A stretch of DNA of 63,222 bases, filler included, from Thraustochytrium aureum (lineage: Eukaryota): assembly GCA_012862495.1 (NCBI GenBank). It is 6 parts of 4 records of this genome, joined end to end, with 100 filler letters (N's around TTAATTAATTAA, not from the genome) between each part and the next. Parts side by side here need not be neighbours in the genome. Positions count along the whole stretch, not along the records: positions 15,628 to 43,664 come from BLSG01000056.1; positions 43,765 to 58,721 come from BLSG01000056.1; 4 more parts are not named here. One strand, written 5' to 3'. Of this stretch, positions 37,101-48,817 are shown one piece after another. Position 1 is the first letter of the stretch. Each line of letters starts with the position of its first letter. The notes beneath the pieces are model-generated. The model had not been told where the DNA came from, ran no database searches, and was given only the letters and a program-made list of their open reading frames with translations. The position numbers were made by a program, and so were the translations under genes.

Positions 37101-39950
37101 AGGGGATGCGGTGCTTACGGTTGACGAGGGTGGGCGAATCCTGTTGCGCGGCGTTGAAAACACCAGGTACCGCGGGAGCGACGCGCCGCTTTCCAGGCCG
37201 CCGTCAGACGCTGACCAGCACCATGGGTTTGAGCTCTGGCGCTCTGAAGGCGCTCGGCCCTCGCGCAAGACTGGGCCGTGGGACTTGGGCAGTGGCGAAC
37301 TTCTCGGTAGGCAGCCAGCGTGGCGGTATGCGCAGGTGAGCCGTATTCACAAGGCCAAGTCCCGCGCTGGCGGGTTTCCCCAAGGTCTCACAGCGCGCGG
37401 TTCTCAACTCGTATTCAGCGCTGACGATGGCGAGAGCGGTCGGGAGCTCTGGCGCTCTGATGGCACAGACGCCGGGACCGAACGCGTGAAAGACCTTGTT
37501 CCTGGCCCAGGAGGTTCTGGGCCGGCCCACTTTGCTCTTCACTCTGACAACAAGGTCTACTTTTCCGCAGACGGGGTCGACTTGAGCTGGATGGAGACCT
37601 CAGACAAGTGCGGTGGCTTCCGAGGCCTCGCGGTGCCCAGCCACCCTGGCGAGAGCCTGCATTTCGCAGTCGCCGAATCCGACGAGTTTGAGCCGCGGGG
37701 GTCGTACGACTGCCCGCCGGGCTTTCACTGGGCTTCTTCTGCTGAGCTTGTGGAGCTCATTGGTGAGCCGTCAGAGGCGCGAGTCAACGGTGACGGTGCG
37801 GGAGGCGAAGAGCCAGTCTACGAAGGCGCGTGCGGGTGGAATGCGAGCGAGTGGAATGGCGTTGCTCGTCAAAAGTTCCGCCTCTCCGACTCGGCCATCA
37901 CCGGGCTTTATGTGGATGCTTCGCAGGCTTTGAGCGCCCCTCCGCGGGTCGACATCAGCGTCCTGGGGGGTGGCGCGGTTGAAACGGCGCAGTTTGCCGG
38001 AATCATTTGCCGGACGAACGGCGGCAAGTCCCCGCACGCGCTCGCCTGCGCAAGTGGCGGCGAGAGCGCGGCCTGTTATGCAGGCTCAGGACGAGAGCTA
38101 TGGTTGACTGACGGCACCGAGGCGGGCACGCGCCGGGTTGCTGACCTGGCCCGGGGAACTGCCAGTGGGGACCCTGCTCACCTCGCAAGCTTTGGCGCGC
38201 ACGTGTACTTTGCAGCGCGCGGGAGCGGCCTAGGCGTGGAGCTTTGGCGAACTGATGGCACGTTTTCTGGCACCGAGATGGTCGAGGACATTGCGCGCGG
38301 AGCTGCATCGTCAAAGCCGCATTCGCTGACAGTTTCGGCTGACGGGGCTCTGCTCCTTTTCGTTGCGGACACGGGAGGAGTTTGGGGAGGAGCTGTGGAC
38401 CTCGGACGGAGAGCCCTCCTTCTCGGGGCTCTCAACGGGTGCTTTGCGGCGAGTTGGCAAGCACGGCGGGGCTGGCACGCATCGCGTCGCAGACTTGTAC
38501 CCAGGGCCGTCTTCGAGCGCGCCCCGAGACCTTGTCGCCGTGCAGGCTGGTTGGGTTGCGTTCACCGCGCTGACGCCCTTGCATGGGAGGCAAGTGTGGA
38601 TCTCTGACGGAACTGCGCTTGGAACTGGGCGGCTCACCGACATAAATCCGAGCGCGCCGGACGGCGCGGGTTGCTCGCCGCATGGCCTCGCGGTCTTCAA
38701 CGGCGCACTTTACTTTAGCGCTAACGACGGGGTCCATGGGCAGGAGCTGTGGGCAGTTGGAGAGGGTGGAAGCTACACGGCCGTGCGGACCGACGGGACC
38801 ACTTTTGACATTGGTGTTGGCGGCGCTGCTGCCCGGCTCGTACGCGATTTGGTCCCCGGCGCGGGCGATGGGCGGCCGCAGCACTTGGTCGCCTTCTCGG
38901 CGATCGACGCGCTCGAGGCAGCGGACCAGGCTGAGTATTTGTATTTTACATGTGGCGGGGCTTTGTGGAAGAGCGACGGAACTGCCGCNNNNNNNNNNNN
39001 NNNNNNNNNNNNNNNNNNNNNNNNNNNNNNNNNNNNNNNNNNNNNNNNNNNNNNNNNNNNNNNNNNNNNNNNNNNNNNNNNNNNNNNNNNNNNNNNNNNN
39101 NNNNNNNNNNNNNNNNNNNNNNNNNNNCTGTTCATGAGCGGCCGGCAGCCCGAAGCCGGCCTCGCCGCGGTTCGGCAAGCTCCGAGACGCCGGCCTGGAG
39201 CCGCTGCGCTTCAGGCCTTTGCAGTGCACGACGCGGATGGCTCGGAAGGGCTGTTTTCAATGCAGCTCTCAGCAAGCAAAGGAACGCTTGTGCTCCGAGA
39301 CCGGTCTGGCGCTGAGCGGGTAGGTGCGTCGATCGTGCTTGAGGGCGATCTTGTTGCGCTGAACGAGATGGTCGCCCAAGTAGAGTACAGCGGGACCCGT
39401 GGGCAAGTTGGCCGTGATTCGATCCGCGTTCGAGTTTCTGATGCCAGCGGCGCAACGGTAGAGCGCGCTATCGAGGTCTTTATTCAGGCGGTGAACGACC
39501 CGCCCGAGGTCTCCTTTGGCACCGCAACGGAGTCTGGTGTTATTGAGCTCGACCGCGGCGCAGGGATCCAGCCTGTGCACGTCGGCATCTCCGACGACTG
39601 CGACGAAGCCTACGAGGCCCTCGGGCGAGGGATCGCTCCGGTTCAGCTCAGTCTCTCGATCCGCGTTGCGACAGGGAGAGGTTTGGGTAGATCGATTGGA
39701 CGGGGTGCGCCTCGATCAAGTCCAGGGCAAGTTGATTGAGGCGCAAGGGACGCTCTTGGGTTTGAACCAGATGCTCTCAACGCTCAGGTACAACCCACTC
39801 TGCGGCGGTGGGCAAGGGAGCGCGGAGTGCCCATCCGCAGCTGGGCTTTACGACACGCTCACAGTGACCGTGAACGACAACGGGAACTTTGGCCGCGGCG
39901 GGGCGAAGGAAACAACTAGTGTTGCCAGCCTCGCCTTTCCCGCGGTCTAG
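16158..39950 (+). CDS. Giant secreted protein (~7,900 aa) with many cadherin/Ig-like beta-sandwich repeats, two Cys-rich modules and a C-terminal ELWxxDGT repeat propeller; split by ~15 frameshifts and 3 gaps
   Basis: Signal peptide MGPWRALTALVVLILETAGSG. Recurrent motifs V..VN.PP/VNDAP, GSL..LN.AL..L.Y.P...W.G.D and SGTFRL.F....T..I...ASA..L..ALE.L. ELWRSDGT/ELWLTDGT/ELWRTDGT repeats at ~37230-38990. Consecutive same-strand ORFs overlap in shifted frames. The final stop is at 39950 (…SLAFPAV). Confidence 0.8.
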
Positions 39951-40152
39951 CTCTAGCTAGGAGCTCTCTCTACTCGCTAATCGAGGAAGCCGCCCGGGCC
40001 GTCGCTTTGGCTCTCTCATGGTTGAGATCTAAAAGATGCAGCCGAAGTCACGTTGGCTCGTTTCAGATCAAGAAAAGTCAAGCCGAGCAGACCTCTCGGA
40101 GGTGCTTCAAAAATCCCATTCATGTACAGCCAGCCAACTCGAAAGCTACTAT

Positions 40153-40228
40153 CTATTTGACGGAGTTGCCCAACGCGCGAGAGAAAGTACCTATTTGACG
40201 GAGTTGCCGAAGGCGCGTGAGAAGGTGA
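40153..40228. repeat. 38-bp degenerate tandem duplication in the convergent intergenic region
   Basis: CTATTTGACGGAGTTGCCCAACGCGCGAGAGAAAGTAC / CTATTTGACGGAGTTGCCGAAGGCGCGTGAGAAGGTGA. Confidence 0.85.
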
Positions 40229-40359
40229 TGCGGCGTTTTCGACCTGGCCCAGCCGCTCGGCTCTTTTCTGGCCCGATTCCTGGCGGCCAGAGCCAAGCCG
40301 CCCGTTGGCTACTCCACGACGTACAAAAGTGCTGTGGAACCGTTGCTTCGCAGGGCTGC

Positions 40360-43300
40360 TCAGCCAGTCGTAAAGTCCTTGACGATGTACCTGGTGCTCG
40401 CGTTGGGGCGCGCAGGGTTTTCCACGGCCTGGATGCGAAAGCCACCTTGCACAAACTGATCCGACTTGTAAAAGTGGGTGCAGTCGTGCACGCCGTACGT
40501 CCTGGCTCGGGACTCGAACTCTTGCACGGTGACGCGCACAGAGTCCTGACCAGGGCCCATGAGATTCTGGCTCTGGAGGAGGAGCTCGCTGAGGCAAAAG
40601 TCAAGCAGCTCATTGTTGTCCTTGTGGCGGGTCAGGTAGGCGCCAAACGACTTTTTCAGCTGGCGCTTGATCGAGTTTTTCTGTGCCGAGATGAAGCTCT
40701 CGAGCATGACTGCAATCGCACGGTCCACATCGTCGTCACGGACGTATTCTCTGAGATGCATCCTCGCAAACGCCTCTGACATGCGCAGGATCGACTCCAT
40801 GTGGCGCACAGCGATGGGGATGCCGCCCGCGTTGTTGGACTCTCGACGCAACTCCACGTAAAGGTTTTCGATCTTGTTGTGGTCGATGCGGTCGAGCTGG
40901 GGCTTGAGGGTGCGCGCGTAGAGGATGTACTTGCGTAGCTGGTCTTGTTCGATGTTGCCCGCGCGGTTCGTCTCTGCGGCAGCCCACGTCGCGTACGTGT
41001 TGATATTGCGTTGCGCTTCTTCAGGGTCTTCCAGAGACCCTTCTGCTCGAGCCTGCTCGAGGCGTCGGGCTTCCTCTGGCGTGACGCAGCCCTCTGGGTG
41101 CGAGGCTACATGGCTGCTGACGACAAACTTCGCAAGGCGCTCATCGGCCACTTGATCTATGCGGTCTTGGAGCACGCAGAGAATGTCAAAGCCTTTGACA
41201 GAGAACAATCAAGGAGGGCGGGCCGGGTTCAAGTCGCGTCACGTCAGAGAGAGGCCGACAAATGCGCGGAGCGAGAGGGCTCGAGGGGCCCGCGTCGCGG
41301 CGATGCACTTACGCTGAATGATAGGATCGGTGAGCTCAACCTGGCTCACAAAGTCCTTTTGCGGGTCGTAGCGGCCGCCGATCGGGTTGGCCTGCACAGC
41401 AAGGCAAGGGACGTCGCTCGGCGTCAGGAACGAACGGGCAGGGCGCGCAGCATCGGGAAACGCTCGCTGAGGTTCCCGCTTGGACTTACCGCAGCAACGA
41501 CGGAGCAACGCGCCTGTAGTGTCGTGACGATGCCGGCCTTGCTGATACTAATACTCTGCTGCTCCATGGCCTCGTGGATGCTTACGCGGTCGCCGTCGTT
41601 CATCTTGTCAAACTCGTCGATAATGCAAACCCCGCGGTCCGCGAGGACCAAGGCCCCTCCCTCCAAGACCCACTCCTTGGTGATGGCGTCCTTTGTCACG
41701 GCCGCCGTGAGACCAACAGCGCTGCTCCCCTTGCCCGACGTGTATACGGCACGCGGGGCCGTCTTCTCGACGTACTTGAGGCACTGACTCTTGGCGGTCC
41801 CGGGGTCGCCCATCAGCAGGACGTTGATGTCCCCGCGGATTTTGTGCTTGCCCTTGATGTTCTTCGCGCGGCCGCCAAACATGGACAGTGCAAGCGCGGT
41901 CTTGACGTGGGTGTTGCCGTATATGGACGGCGCAACGCTGGAGATGAGTCGGTTTGCGATGTTGGGGTCTTTGGCGAGCCGATGAAAGGCCTTGCGATCC
42001 TCGTCTGTGATGAGCACCGAGGCGGCAAGGTCCTCCTTCTTCCGGAGGTAGTTGGCCTCAATGCATGTTGAGAAGACCGGGAAGCCTTGCTGCGAGTTGA
42101 GGCTGCGGTTGAGCTGGTTGACGTAGACCCCCGTAATCTCGACCTCCTCGCCTGGGCGCGCGGCGTCAATAAGGTCGCACGTGAGAATGACAGTCTTGTA
42201 GCGCGGAACGCGGCCAGGGGGGACCGTGCCGGGCGACTCTTGGAGGAGGATGCGCTGAAAGTTGCGGTACACGGACGTCTCCATGTTTGGCTCGGCGTTG
42301 CCCTCCTCTTCGCAGTTTTCGCAGTCGGGGGGCGGCGGGAGCTTCTCGTTGTCAAGGACCTCCTTCGTGCCGACGCTCTGCCCGCACCGCTTGCAAATAT
42401 AGTGCAGGTGCTTGAGCTGGGGGTGCACTTGGCTGCGGCGCGTGACGATGCCCGAGACTCTGACCATCTGGCGCAGGTGAAAGGTGCGCAGCTCCCGGAG
42501 CGAGTCTTCGATCGAGAGCTCGGCCACGCGGACGAATACCTCTTCGTGGATCTCGCCGTAGTTGGGGAAAAAATCGAGCACCACCTCGCTGGCGACGTCG
42601 TCCAAGAGCGGGAGCATCAGTTTGGGCTCGTCGACGAGCCAGATCGCGAGCGTCGGCTTGGCCTTGCTCAGGTGCGCGTAAGAAATCACGAGCGACTGGG
42701 TGTTGCGGGAGCACATTTCCGTAATCCTCTCCTCGTAGACAGGGAGCCCGTCCTTTTGTTCGCGATAGTTGCGCAGAAAGTCGTCAAACCGCCGTTTGAT
42801 TTCCTCGCGAATTGCCTCGCGGGAGATGATGTCGCGAAGCGGGACGTCGAAGTTTTGCAAGTCGATCGGCTCGGGCGGTGGCGCCTCCACGGCCGGCTCG
42901 TTCTCCCCAGCGCCGGCCGCGCTCTCGTACGCCGCGCGTCGCTGCCGCGCGCGTTCCCTGTCCTCGTCGTCCGAGTCGTCATCGTCCGAGTCGTCTTGAA
43001 GCATTCCGGGCAGGCGGACCTGGCCGCGGCGTAGCTCGCGATCGCGCTGGTTGAGCTGGCTTTCCGCGGCGCGCCGAGCTTCAGCGGACATCGGGTCGTA
43101 GTCTCCCTCGTCAAGGGCCTGGGTGTCGTACCGGTCCAGCTCCTCGATCTGGCGGTAGTCGCGCTCGGCGTTTTCCATGAGGTCTTCGCCTTCGTCGTCC
43201 TCGTCCTCGTCGGCTCTGGCGCTCTCCGTGCCGTCCGCGCGTCTTGCGCGACGCGAGCGCCCTCCGCCATCTTGCGATCCCTCCTCGTCCGAGCCGGCTC

Positions 43301-43550
43301 CGTCGGACTCTGCGTCCTCTCGCTGCATCAGCGCGGGGCCGCGTCGCACCGCCGCCTCCGCTGGCGCCCTCACCTGTCGCGCAGCCGCTTGCACAGCCGC
43401 CGTCTCATCCAGTCCAAGCTCCTCATCCGACCCGTCCAAGTCGCTGTCGCTCCCATCCCCGCCGCTCGCTGCGCCTCCGCGGCGCAGCCTGCGCTGCCGT
43501 TTTCGCGGCGGGGCCCTGTCCGAGGCGCTCGAGTCCTCCCCATCGCTCAT
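40360..43550 (-). CDS. MCM2: DNA replication licensing factor MCM2; exons 43550-41490, 41391-41313, 41192-40360
   Basis: Acidic N-terminus with the MCM2 histone-binding motif GEDLMENAERDY..IEELDRYD. Zn finger, Walker A GDPGTAKSQ, Walker B IDEFDKM, and R-finger QRFD after splicing. C-terminal IPIAVRHMESILRMSEA. Confidence 0.97.
41193..41312 (-). other. Spliceosomal intron 2 of MCM2 (120 nt)
   Basis: GTAAGT donor, CTGAC branch-like motif and AAAG acceptor. Splicing restores LTDPIIQRFDILCVL. Confidence 0.92.
41392..41489 (-). other. Spliceosomal intron 1 of MCM2 (98 nt)
   Basis: GTAAGT donor, CTGAC branch-like motif and TGCAG acceptor. Splicing restores ARCSVVAA|ANPIGGRYD. Confidence 0.92.
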
Positions 43551-43606
43551 CCCCCAGCGACCTGGTCACGCCGCCTCCCTCCACCCGCCCCGCGCCGCCG
43601 ATCGCG

Positions 43607-43664
43607 GCCTGCCTGCCTGCCTGCCTCCCTCGCCCGCCCGCCTGCCTGCCTGCCTGCCTGCCTG
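43607..43664. repeat. (GCCT)n microsatellite immediately upstream of MCM2
   Basis: The sequence gcctgcctgcctgcctgcctccctcgcccgcccgcctgcctgcctgcctgcctgcctg is read directly. Confidence 0.9.
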
Positions 43665-43764
43665 NNNNNNNNNNNNNNNNNNNNNNNNNNNNNNNNNNNN
43701 NNNNNNNNTTAATTAATTAANNNNNNNNNNNNNNNNNNNNNNNNNNNNNNNNNNNNNNNNNNNN

Positions 43765-45463
43765 CCGATGAGAACCTTGTCAAAGCAATCGAAGTCGCCG
43801 CAGTGGATCGCCGTCGTGTAAGCAGCCTCGGCCGCCTCAAACTTGCCCATCTCCATAAGAGCGTCACCACGCATTGCGTGCATCTTGGAAGAGGTGGGCT
43901 GAAGGTCGCAGGCCTTGGTGAAAGAGTCTAGCGCAGCAGACCACTTTTTCTCCCGACTTTCGCGTACCCCGCGCGCACAGTAGCGCTTCGAGAGTGCGGC
44001 GGGGTCCTCCTGCTCGACCACGGCTTCGCTCAGGTCGCCGCGCGCCGTCGACATACTTGCGCGCTTGTTTGGTGTGGAGCCGTGGCGCCGCTGCTCCGCG
44101 CTTGCGCCGCTGTCCTGCGTGCGATCGCCGCCGTCGCTGCTCAGGTCGTTGTCCGCGTCAAAGTCGTCGTCAAGGTCGAGGAAGGCGTTGTGCCGCGTCT
44201 GGGCCTGCCTCGAACGCGCCTTCGGTCCATTTTGCGAAGAGGGCTCGGCCGGGCGGGCTGCGCTCCGATGCTCTGGCTGATCTTCGGCAAGGCGCAACGA
44301 TTGCTTGGCTTGGCTTTGCTCCGCCCGGGCCTTCTCGACCAGGGAGATGACACGCTCGATGGGCGCGGGCATGTACCGCCAGCCAGCGTCCACGGCGAAG
44401 AGGATGCTCTCGTCTGATTCGTAGTCGCGCCCAAGTAAAAAGGCCTGATCGCCGCACCCAACTAGGAATGCCTCGATGCCAAGAACAGAATCCGGGATGC
44501 CCTTCAGCACCGTGAACGTGGTGCGCGCGGGCTCGCTCGCAGAGGAAACGAAGATCGTCGCCGTCGTCGTCGCCGCGTTCCATCCACACGTCACGACTTG
44601 GTCGGATAATCCAGCGGCGGGGATGATCGTCTCGGTTGTGGGAACGTCTTGCGCCGCGAGCGTGAAATCGATTTCTTCGAGCGCGTTGTCCGAGAACTTG
44701 CGAAACAGCTGTTGGTGGGTGGACACGAGCAGGGCGCTCCTGTCCACGGTCGCCATGATGTGCTCGAACGTTTGCAGAGTGTCTGGGAGCTGCACCACGC
44801 CGTTCGTTGTGTGCAGCATGAAGCGCGGCAACCCGCGGTCCCTGGCCATGATTTCGTCCAGCTTGAGGATGATCCCCGACGCGAGCGGGTGGTGCGAGAC
44901 CGAGATGGACTCGACGGCCTCGCTCACCATTTCGCTCAGCTTGATGGTGCCCCGCGAGACCCAATCCGCTTTGGCAGTCTTTTCCCGCTCGTAGAGCGCG
45001 ATTTCGCCCGCCTCGGCAAGGACGACGAGGAGCCCGCCCGTTTCGGGGTCGAACGTCAGGGGGCCGCCCTTTGCAGGCAGCGACAGTGTGTCGAGCTTCG
45101 AGAAGGAGACCGAGTCGTGAAAGTTCACAAACCCTCGCTCGAAGGGGGTGCCATCGTCGAAGAACACGACGTTCTCCGTGAACCCGGACGCGCAGCAGAC
45201 GGCCACCTCTGGCTTGGTCGCGCTCACCGCGATGAACGCTTTGCTCCCTCCCTTGCTCACAACCGCCATCGGTTGGCCCTTTCCATGTACGGCCCGACAC
45301 TCCATTCGTGTTCTGGCCTCGCGGGAACCTCATCCTCGTCCTCCGATTCACTCCACTCCCCTCCGGGGCTCGCACTGGCCCCAACGTGCGCGAACCTGCA
45401 GTGATCCCCGTACGAGCACGTCCCTTTCCCAAAGAACCTGCACGGGGCCTTGGCAGTCGCCAT
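43765..45463 (-). CDS. CCCH zinc finger protein with C-terminal TPR; 3' truncated at the linker; one frameshift near 45300
   Basis: MATAKAPCRFFGKGTCSYGDHCRFAH (C-x7-C-x5-C-x3-H). The downstream ORF ends in TPR-like KKWSAALDSFTKACDLQP...HAMRGDALMEMGKFEAAEAAYTTAI. Confidence 0.75.
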
Positions 45464-46347
45464 CCTCTCTGCTCCCTCGCCAGCCCCAGCCGCAACACCC
45501 CTGCGTCCANNNNNNNNNNNNNNNNNNNNNNNNNNNNNNNNNNNNNNNNNNNNNNNNNNNNNNNNNNNNNNNNNNNNNNNNNNNNNNNNNNNNNNNNNNN
45601 NNNNNNNNNNNNNNNNNNNNNNNNNNNNNNNNNNNNNNNNNNNNNNNNNNNNNNNNNNNNNNNNNNNNNNNNNNNNNNNNNNNNNNNNNNNNNNNNNNNN
45701 NNNNNNNNNNNNNNNNNNNNNNNNNNNNNNNNNNNNNNNNNNNNNNNNNNNNNNNNNNNNNNNNNNNNNNNNNNNNNNNNNNNNNNNNNNNNNNNNNNNN
45801 NNNNNNNNNNNNNNNNNNNNNNNNNNNNNNNNNNNNNNNNNNNNNNNNNNNNNNNNNNNNGTCCGCGTGCAGCGCTCGTTCGGGGTCTGCCTGGGCGCCT
45901 GGGTGCCTGGCTGGCTGGCTGGCCGGCCTCCAGACCCGCTTGGCTCGCTGCCTGCGCGGCCGCCTGCGGGGCGAGCGGAAGGCGCGCGCGCGGAGGAGCC
46001 GCTGGGGCTGAGACGTGGTCGGCCACGGGCCGGCGGTGCGTAGCCTGCAGAGGCTGGCGCCGCAGAGCTACACGGAGACAAGGCGGCCTGCGCGGCGCTT
46101 TCCGCGACGCGTTGTTGACGGCGGCCTGGGCTGCTCTCGGCGACGTGTTGGTGACGGCGGCCTGCGCGCTTTGCTGGCGTCGCTCTGGTCTGCGTGCTGC
46201 CGGCCGTTGTTTGGCCCGGTGCTGTTGGGCGCGCGGCAGGGGATGTTGGGCCGGCCAAGGCTGAGCTGAGCCGCTGACGCCAAAGGTGCTCGCTCGCTCG
46301 CTCGCTCGCCGTCACGGGGGGTTGTGGCCAAGGACGGGAGGGCGGGG

Positions 46348-48092
46348 ATGGATCAGGCGGGCGCTGACAGCGGGGCGAGGCGCTGCGAATGGGCGGCCGT
46401 CCAGACGACGGGGGATCGACCCCAAGGGAGGGCATCGCACACGGCGACGCTGGTGCGCGACGAAGAGCTCTTTGTTATCGGGGGCGGCGTTAACGAAGCC
46501 GGCGGGTTTCGCCACTTCGAGGTACCCTTTGTGCTCAACACGAGGACGCTCAAATGGGAGTGCAGGAGAGCAGGCGGCGACAGGCTGATCGCGCGCCGCG
46601 GCCACACTGCCAACCTCGTGAACGGCCGAGAAATCGTGGTTTTCGGTGGCGTTGCAGACGATAGGCTCGCCTTGGGCTCCGCTGGCAACCTGAACGACGT
46701 TGTTGTCCTCGACACGGTAAGAATGGAGTGGTCACGCAAAGCTTGCGGCGGCCAAACGCCGTCACATAGAAGGGCGCACCAGTCCGTGTTGCTTCCGCGT
46801 GATAGGCTGCTCGTATTTGGTGGATGCGGACCGACTGGGATGTCTTGTCGCGGTCGCTCTTCGTCTTGGATCTCAAGACGTGGATGTGGACGCGTGTGGA
46901 AGCCCCAATCGACGCTTTCGCCGCCGGGAGGAGTTTGCTTCACCATGCCGCGTGGGTCTCGTCCTCGTTCATGGGCTGCGCTATTCTTGGCAACACGCTG
47001 GTCACTTTCGGGGGACAAAACGAGGTCAGCTTCGAACTCGGCAACGCCTGGGGCATTGTCTCCTTGGAGTGGCTTGATTCGATCACCACGGAGGGGGCGC
47101 GCAGCGGGTCCGAGCGAGGGAGCGTCAGCCAGCATTGGTCGCACGTGGATGTTGTGCCGAGTCGCGTTGCGGAGCCGAGTGGACGCTTCTCGCAAACCGT
47201 TTTCGCAGTGTCAGAGAGCGAGGTTGCGGTGTTTGGAGGCGGTCTGCAAGACGGTAGCAACTCGAACGAGCTATTCCTCTTCGACACCGCGTCGCGCCAA
47301 TACGTTTTGCTCGACGTGCGAGGCGATCTGCCTCCACCGCTCAACTCGGCCTCAGGGACCGCACTGCCGGACGGAACCATGCTGGTCTTTGGCGGGGGCG
47401 AGTTCCCAAATACCTATTTCGACAACCTTTTCGCACTGCGCGTGGACCCGCGAGGCCCCGAGCTTCAGACAACCGAGCGCACCAACGCTCGTTCCGAGCC
47501 GCGGGTGCGTGAACACGGCCACGACGTCGCGCTCTCGCTCGGTGGGGGGAATGGACGAGCTCCTCTTGCACGAGTCCGAGTTGGTCGCTTCCTCGGATTA
47601 CTTTCGTGCCGCACTGCAGGGAAGTTTTGGCAAGGCTTTGCGCGACACAAAGGGCCGGGTCAAGCTTGGGCTTCCGGGCCAATTCGAGGCGGACTCCGTG
47701 TTGGCGGTTGTAAATTGTATGTATGGCGGCCGGCTCAGCGAGTGGCACAACCTGTCCGCTGAACGCCTGGTTGGCGTTTTGGAATGTGCCACAGCGCTGT
47801 CTGCGCGAGACGTTGTGAGCCAAGCCGAGCGTTTGCTGCTGCGGTGCCGATGCGGCCTGAACTTGTTTTGGGGTTTTGGGTCGCTGCGGAAGCGTGTGGG
47901 AGCGCGGCTCTCGAGGCGCACGTCCTTCGCTTCGCTCGCAATCGGTGGGGCTTGCTTGCTCTCTGCTTCTCAGGCGCCCCTGCGCGTCTTTCGTTTGATG
48001 ACCTTTCCTTCGAGGGTTTCTCTGCCAGGGAGATTGAGCGATGCTGCGCTGCGCTTGAGCATGCTGTGGGATATGCCATCAGGTCGTCGTAG
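46348..48092 (+). CDS. Kelch-repeat + BTB/POZ domain protein (LZTR1-like architecture); three 1-nt frameshifts
   Basis: Kelch units P.GRASHTAT..LFVIGG, RRGHTANL..IVVFGG, RRAHQSVL..LLVFGG and MLVFGG. BTB-like HDVALSL...LHESELVASSDYFRAALQGSF...AVVNCMYGG. Shifts lie at ~46840, ~47548 and ~47841. Confidence 0.85.
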
Positions 48093-48817
48093 AAGCGTGC
48101 CACGATCAGCTTGCTTTTTGTAATTCTCTTGATCGAGTTTGTGGCACTCCGATCTGGTTGTCATTGTTGCGCACAGACGAACGAACATGCTTTAGAGGGC
48201 TTGTTCGTTTCACGCTCGACCAGCTTTGCAGCCTCGCTATGGCTCGCTCACCGCTTGCGACGCCAAGCTGCGAGGCGCCGCCAACAACGCCACGGCCAAG
48301 CCTAGCGACGGATGCCTTGCCGGGGTAAACTCGGTCTGGCGCCAAGGAGCGCTGCAGACTCGGAGCACGACGGCCAGACATCCTTGTCCCGTGTCGGCAC
48401 TTTCAGGGGACAGATGGCGTTGGAGCCCCAAGCAAATTCAGTCGCAGCCAAAGTAGCGAATGTGGTTTGCGCTGCGAAAATCCATCGCAAAGTGCGAGGC
48501 GTGACGGTTGACGGTCAAGGGTCCAAGGAGAAGGATCGGGTCGCAATGGAAGACGCCGCGGCTACCTTGGTGACGACTCTCTTGCTGCTCTCATCAGCGA
48601 GACCGAAAAGGGGCGTTTTGACAACGACAACGACAACGACGAGAAGGGCAACTGAGCGACTGAAGACTCGTTACATTGAAAGAGACAGGGCGCATCGCTT
48701 TCCGATGCTGATACCAATTGCGTCCATGCCAATCAAGCGCAAAAGCTCGACTGCCGAGTTGCTCATGAAACGCCACCAGCAACGAGGGCGTCCGCACCAC
48801 ATGCGTTCCTTGGTTGC

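Noticed and set aside
16158..39950. Programmed ribosomal frameshifting, non-canonical micro-introns, or mass pseudogenisation
   Set aside because: Shifts go in both directions, sit in homopolymers, share no slippery or stop motif, and also hit conserved genes such as CFAP70. The true introns seen (MCM2) are canonical.
40945..43034. Long plus-strand ORFs (40945-41787, 42087-43034) and similar antisense ORFs throughout the window
   Set aside because: These are antisense shadows of real genes, expected in high-GC coding DNA.
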